A stretch of 64,000 nt of DNA from sequence record MZ501067; one strand, given 5' to 3'. The translations under genes were made by a program, and so were the position numbers. The notes under the pieces are model-generated. The model was not told the origin of the DNA. It was given only the letters and a program-made list of their open reading frames with translations, and did not search any database. The stretch comes from Escherichia phage FriedrichZschokke. How positions within the stretch are numbered: position 1 is the stretch's first letter; each line of letters begins with the position of its first letter. Of the stretch, positions 59,540 to 64,000 are shown piece after piece.

Positions 59540-60536
59540 TTCAAGTGTTATCTATCGTGCGATAGTTACTTCAAAATTTAGAACAGAAAAAATGTTGAAT
59601 TTTTATAATTCAATTGGAAGTGGTCCGGATAAAAACACTATCTTTATCACATTTGGAAGATCAGAACCGTGGTCATCAAATGAAAATGAGGTGGGCTTTG
59701 CCCCACCTTATCCTACCGATTCTGTATTAGGTGTAACTGACATGTGGACTCATATGATGGGAACAGTAAAAGTTCTTCCATCAATGCTTGATGCTGTTAT
59801 TCCTCGCAGAGATTGGGGAGATACTAGATATCCGGATCCATACACATTTAGAATTAACGATATTGTAGTGTGTAACTCAGCTCCTTACAACGCTACTGAA
59901 TCAGGCGCAGGCTGGTTAGTATATCGTTGTTTAGATGTTCCTGATACCGGAATGTGTTCAATCGCATCTTTAACTGATAAGGATGAATGCCTTAAGTTAG
60001 GTGGAAAATGGACTCCTTCTGCTAGGTCAATGACTCCTCCTGAAGGTCGAGGAGATGCTGAAGGAACAATTGAACCTGGGGACGGATATGTTTGGGAATA
60101 TCTATTTGAGATTCCGCCTGATGTATCTATAAATAGATGCACGAATGAATATATCGTGGTTCCTTGGCCTGAGGAATTAAAAGAAGACCCGACTAGATGG
60201 GGATATGAAGATAATCTCACTTGGCAGCAAGATGATTTTGGATTAATTTACCGTGTTAAGGCAAATACTATCCGTTTTAAAGCATATTTAGATTCAGTTT
60301 ATTTTCCTGAAGCTGCATTGCCAGGAAATAAAGGATTTAGACAAATATCAATAATCACGAATCCTCTTGAAGCTAAAGCTCATCCAAATGACCCAAACGT
60401 TAAAGCTGAAAAGGATTATTATGATCCGGAAGATTTAATGAGGCATTCGGGCGAAATGATTTATATGGAAAATAGGCCACCTATTATTATGGCAATGGAT
60501 CAGACAGAAGAAATCAATATTCTGTTTACATTTTAA
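59532..60536 (+). CDS. 8: Baseplate wedge protein
   Basis: 334 aa. Confidence 0.9.
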   Translation: MNDSSVIYRAIVTSKFRTEKMLNFYNSIGSGPDKNTIFITFGRSEPWSSNENEVGFAPPYPTDSVLGVTDMWTHMMGTVKVLPSMLDAVIPRRDWGDTRYPDPYTFRINDIVVCNSAPYNATESGAGWLVYRCLDVPDTGMCSIASLTDKDECLKLGGKWTPSARSMTPPEGRGDAEGTIEPGDGYVWEYLFEIPPDVSINRCTNEYIVVPWPEELKEDPTRWGYEDNLTWQQDDFGLIYRVKANTIRFKAYLDSVYFPEAALPGNKGFRQISIITNPLEAKAHPNDPNVKAEKDYYDPEDLMRHSGEMIYMENRPPIIMAMDQTEEINILFTF

Positions 60537-60541
60537 ATTAA

Positions 60542-60565
60542 GGGAGCCCATGGGCTCCCTTTTTC
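60542..60565 (+). terminator. Intrinsic terminator after gene 8
   Basis: Plus RNA gggagcc-CAUG-ggcuccc followed by UUUUUCUUU. Confidence 0.65.
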
Positions 60566-60567
60566 TT

Positions 60568-60575
60568 TATAAATA
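60568..60575 (+). promoter_or_regulatory. Late promoter core (TATAAATA) for gene 9
   Basis: Exact TATAAATA 25 nt upstream of the gene 9 ATG. Confidence 0.6.
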
Positions 60576-60599
60576 CTATAAACTCATAAGGAAACCGCT

Positions 60600-61466
60600 A
60601 TGTTCATTCAAGAACCAAAGAAATTGATTGATACCGGCGAAATTGGTAACGCTTCTACTGGTGATATCTTATTCGACGGTGGTAATAAAATTAATAGTGA
60701 TTTTAACGCAATTTATAATGCGTTTGGCGATCAACGTAAAATGGCAGTAGCAAATGGCACCGGAGCAGATGGTCAAATTATCCATGCTACTGGATATTAT
60801 CAAAAACACTCTATTGCAGAGTATGCAACTCCAGTAAAAGTTGGCACTAGGCATGATATTGATACCTCTACCGTAGGTGTTAAAGTTATCATTGAAAGAG
60901 GCGAACTCGGCGATTGTGTTGAATTCATTAATTCTAACGGATCAATATCAGTTACTAATCCTTTGACAATTCAAGCTATTGATTCAATTAAAGGTGTTTC
61001 AGGTAATTTAGTAGTAACTAGCCCATATAGTAAAGTTACTTTACGCTGTATTTCATCTGATAATTCTACGTCGGTTTGGAATTATTCTATTGAAAGTATG
61101 TTTGGACAAAAGGAATCACCAGCTGAAGGTACATGGAATATTTCTACATCTGGATCAGTTGATATTCCACTATTTCATCGCACTGAATACAATATGGCTA
61201 AATTACTAGTTACATGCCAATCGGTAGATGGAAGAAAAATTAAAACAGCAGAAATAAATATTCTTGTGGATACTGTCAATTCAGAGGTAATTTCTTCTGA
61301 ATATGCTGTCATGCGAGTTGGGAATGAAACCGAAGAAGACGAAATCGCTAATATTGCATTTAGTATTAAAGAAAATTACGTAACGGCGACTATAAGTTCT
61401 TCAACTGTCGGTATGAGAGCAGCAGTTAAAGTTATCGCTACGCAGAAAATCGGGGTGGCTCAATAA
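60600..61466 (+). CDS. 9: Baseplate protein, long-tail-fibre socket
   Basis: 288 aa. Confidence 0.9.
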   Translation: MFIQEPKKLIDTGEIGNASTGDILFDGGNKINSDFNAIYNAFGDQRKMAVANGTGADGQIIHATGYYQKHSIAEYATPVKVGTRHDIDTSTVGVKVIIERGELGDCVEFINSNGSISVTNPLTIQAIDSIKGVSGNLVVTSPYSKVTLRCISSDNSTSVWNYSIESMFGQKESPAEGTWNISTSGSVDIPLFHRTEYNMAKLLVTCQSVDGRKIKTAEINILVDTVNSEVISSEYAVMRVGNETEEDEIANIAFSIKENYVTATISSSTVGMRAAVKVIATQKIGVAQ

Positions 61467-63274
61467 TGAAACAAAATATTAATATCGGTAATGTTGTAGA
61501 TGATGGTACCGGTGACTACCTGCGTAAAGGTGGTATAAAAATAAATGAAAACTTTGATGAGCTTTATTATGAACTCGGTGATGGTGATGTTCCATATTCA
61601 GCCGGTGCCTGGAAAACTTATAATGCTTCATCAGGACAAACATTAACAGCAGAATGGGGAAAATCGTACGCTATTAATACATCTTCTGGAAGAGTGACTA
61701 TAAATCTTCCAAAGGGCACAGTTAATGATTACAACAAGGTAATTAGAGCTAGAGACGTATTTGCTACATGGAACGTCAACCCAGTTACACTAGTAGCTGC
61801 TTCCGGAGATACGATTAAAGGGTCTGCAGTACCAGTTGAAATTAATGTTCAATTCAGCGATTTAGAACTAGTGTATTGTGCCCCAGGACGTTGGGAATAT
61901 GTCAAAAATAAACAAATTGACAAAATTACCAGTTCAGACATTAGTAATGTAGCTCGTAAAGAATTTTTAGTCGAAGTCCAAGGACAAACAGACTTTTTAG
62001 ATGTTTTCCGTGGAACCAGTTATAATGTAAATAACATCAGAGTAAAACATCGTGGTAACGAATTGTATTACGGCGATGTGTTTAGCGAAAACAGCGATTT
62101 TGGCTCTCCGGGCGAAAATGAAGGAGAACTAGTTCCTCTTGATGGATTTAATATTCGATTAAGACAGCCTTGTAATATTGGTGACACTGTTCAAATTGAA
62201 ACATTTATGGATGGTGTATCGCAGTGGAGAAGTTCATATACAAGACGTCAAATTAGATTGTTAGATTCAAAATTAACGTCAAAAACTTCTTTAGAAGGAA
62301 GCATTTACGTTACTGATTTATCAACAATGAAATCAATTCCATTTTCAGCTTTTGGATTAATTCCAGGTGAACCTATTAATCCTAATTCTCTTGAGGTTCG
62401 TTTTAATGGAATTTTACAAGAATTGGCTGGAACAGTTGGAATGCCATTATTTCATTGTGTCGGTGCAGATTCAGACGATGAAGTAGAATGCTCTGTTTTA
62501 GGTGGAACTTGGGAACAATCTCATACCGATTATTCAGTTGAAACTGATGAAAACGGCATACCGGAAATTTTACATTTCGATAGAGTATTTGAGCATGGTG
62601 ACATTATCAATATCACCTGGTTTAATAATGATTTGGGTACATTATTAACGAAAGATGAGATTATTGATGAAACTGATAATCTCTATGTATCGCAAGGACC
62701 AGGAGTAGATATTTCCGGTGATGTAAATTTAACAGACTTTGATAAAATTGGATGGCCAAATGTAGAAGCAGTTCAATCTTATCAACGCGAATTTAATGCT
62801 GTTTCAAATATCTTTGATACGATTTATCCTATTGGAACTATATATGAAAACGCTGTTAATCCAAACAACCCTGTTACATATATGGGATTCGGCTCATGGA
62901 AATTATTTGGGCAAGGAAAAGTTTTAGTTGGATGGAATGAAGATATTTCGGATCCGAATTTTGCTCTAAATAACAACGATTTAGATTCTGGCGGAAATCC
63001 TTCGCATACTGCAGGTGGAACAGGTGGTTCTACTTCTGTTACATTGGAAAATGCTAATCTTCCTGCAACTGAAACAGATGAAGAAGTTCTAATAGTTGAT
63101 GAAAATGGATCAGTCATTGTTGGTGGGTGTCAATACGATCCAGATGAATCCGGTCCAATTTACACTAAATACCGTGAAGCTAAAGCATCTACTAACTCTA
63201 CTCACACTCCGCCAACATCAATAACTAACATTCAACCATATATTACAGTTTATCGTTGGATAAGGATTGCATAA
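61466..63274 (+). CDS. 10: Baseplate wedge / short-tail-fibre attachment protein
   Basis: 602 aa. Confidence 0.9.
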   Translation: MKQNINIGNVVDDGTGDYLRKGGIKINENFDELYYELGDGDVPYSAGAWKTYNASSGQTLTAEWGKSYAINTSSGRVTINLPKGTVNDYNKVIRARDVFATWNVNPVTLVAASGDTIKGSAVPVEINVQFSDLELVYCAPGRWEYVKNKQIDKITSSDISNVARKEFLVEVQGQTDFLDVFRGTSYNVNNIRVKHRGNELYYGDVFSENSDFGSPGENEGELVPLDGFNIRLRQPCNIGDTVQIETFMDGVSQWRSSYTRRQIRLLDSKLTSKTSLEGSIYVTDLSTMKSIPFSAFGLIPGEPINPNSLEVRFNGILQELAGTVGMPLFHCVGADSDDEVECSVLGGTWEQSHTDYSVETDENGIPEILHFDRVFEHGDIINITWFNNDLGTLLTKDEIIDETDNLYVSQGPGVDISGDVNLTDFDKIGWPNVEAVQSYQREFNAVSNIFDTIYPIGTIYENAVNPNNPVTYMGFGSWKLFGQGKVLVGWNEDISDPNFALNNNDLDSGGNPSHTAGGTGGSTSVTLENANLPATETDEEVLIVDENGSVIVGGCQYDPDESGPIYTKYREAKASTNSTHTPPTSITNIQPYITVYRWIRIA

Positions 63275-63933
63275 TGAGTTTACTTAATAATAAAGCGGGA
63301 GTTATTTCCCGCTTAGCCGATTTTCTTGGTTTTAGACCTAAAGCTGGTAATATAGATGTAATGAATCGTCAATCAGTTGGGTCAGTGACAATTTCTCAAT
63401 TAGCGAAAGGATTCTATGAACCAAACGTAGAATCAGCTATTAATGATGTTCATAATTTTTCTATAAAAGACGTTGGTACAATTATTACTAATAAAACTGG
63501 TGTTTCTCCTGAGGGTGTTTCTCAAACCGATTATTGGGCATTTTCTGGAACTGTAACAGACGATTCTCTTCCTCCGGGTTCTCCTGTTACGGTATTAGTA
63601 TTTGGTCTTCCAGTTTCAGCAACTACTGGAATGACGGCAATTGAGTTTGTTGCAAAAGTTCGTGTTGCCCTTCAAGAAGCTATTGCGTCATTTACTGCTA
63701 TTAACTCATATAAAGACCATCCAACAGATGGTAGTAAATTAGAAGTTACTTATTTAGATAATCAAAAACATGTATTAAGCACATATTCTACATATGGAAT
63801 AACTATTTCACAGGAAATTATTTCTGAGTCTAAACCTGGCTACGGTACATGGAATTTATTAGGCGCACAAACTGTAACTTTAGATAATCAGCAGACTCCT
63901 ACAGTATTTTATCATTTTGAGAGAACAGCATGA
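63274..63933 (+). CDS. 11: Baseplate wedge / short-tail-fibre attachment protein
   Basis: Start placed at MSLLNNKAG (219 aa) on a TAATG junction with gene 10. Confidence 0.88.
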   Translation: MSLLNNKAGVISRLADFLGFRPKAGNIDVMNRQSVGSVTISQLAKGFYEPNVESAINDVHNFSIKDVGTIITNKTGVSPEGVSQTDYWAFSGTVTDDSLPPGSPVTVLVFGLPVSATTGMTAIEFVAKVRVALQEAIASFTAINSYKDHPTDGSKLEVTYLDNQKHVLSTYSTYGITISQEIISESKPGYGTWNLLGAQTVTLDNQQTPTVFYHFERTA

Positions 63934-64000
63934 GTAATAATACATATCAACACGTTTCTAATGAATCTCGTTATGTAAAATTTGATCCTACCGATACGAA
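63930..64000 (+). CDS. 12: Short tail fibre, first ~23 codons only
   Basis: [23 protein letters not shown]... matches the T4 gp12 N-terminus; ATGA junction with gene 11. Confidence 0.85.
   Translation, partial: MSNNTYQHVSNESRYVKFDPTDT

Overview
This 64 kb window is a contiguous stretch of a T-even (T4-like, Tequatrovirus-type) phage genome, very close to T4 at the protein level but not identical to it. From 1 to about 51.3 kb everything coding is on the minus strand (early/middle genes, densely packed, many ATGA/TAATG overlaps): a GT-A glycosyltransferase fragment, gene 42, imm, DNA polymerase 43 with its operator hairpin, regA, 62, 44, 45, rpbA, 46, 47, alpha-gt, 55, a NrdH-like glutaredoxin, nrdG, an uninterrupted nrdD, 49, nrdC, a roughly 12 kb accessory stretch of mostly unknown genes, rI, tk, regB, a GrcA-like gene, internal proteins, denV, lysozyme e, nudE, an 11-tRNA cluster, ipI, 57B (Acb1-type 2H phosphoesterase), 57A, 1, 3, 2 and 4. 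From 51.3 kb onward the plus strand carries late baseplate genes 53, 5, 5.1, 5.4, 6, 7, 8, 9, 10, 11 and the start of 12. Recurrent sigma70-type early promoters, a few MotA-box middle promoters, TATAAATA late promoters and UUCG-tetraloop intrinsic terminators punctuate the map. I found no CRISPR array, transposon, homing-endonuclease gene or intron. The most interesting material is in the accessory regions: four adjacent ~300 aa genes that each end in a coiled coil, a P-loop NTPase beside a nucleotidyltransferase-fold gene whose stop codon appears lost, a macro-domain protein, and four adjacent genes sharing a C-terminal F-(I/V)-x-(E/D)-C-R-K motif. All identifications rest on reading the translations and DNA motifs from memory of T4; no database search was run.
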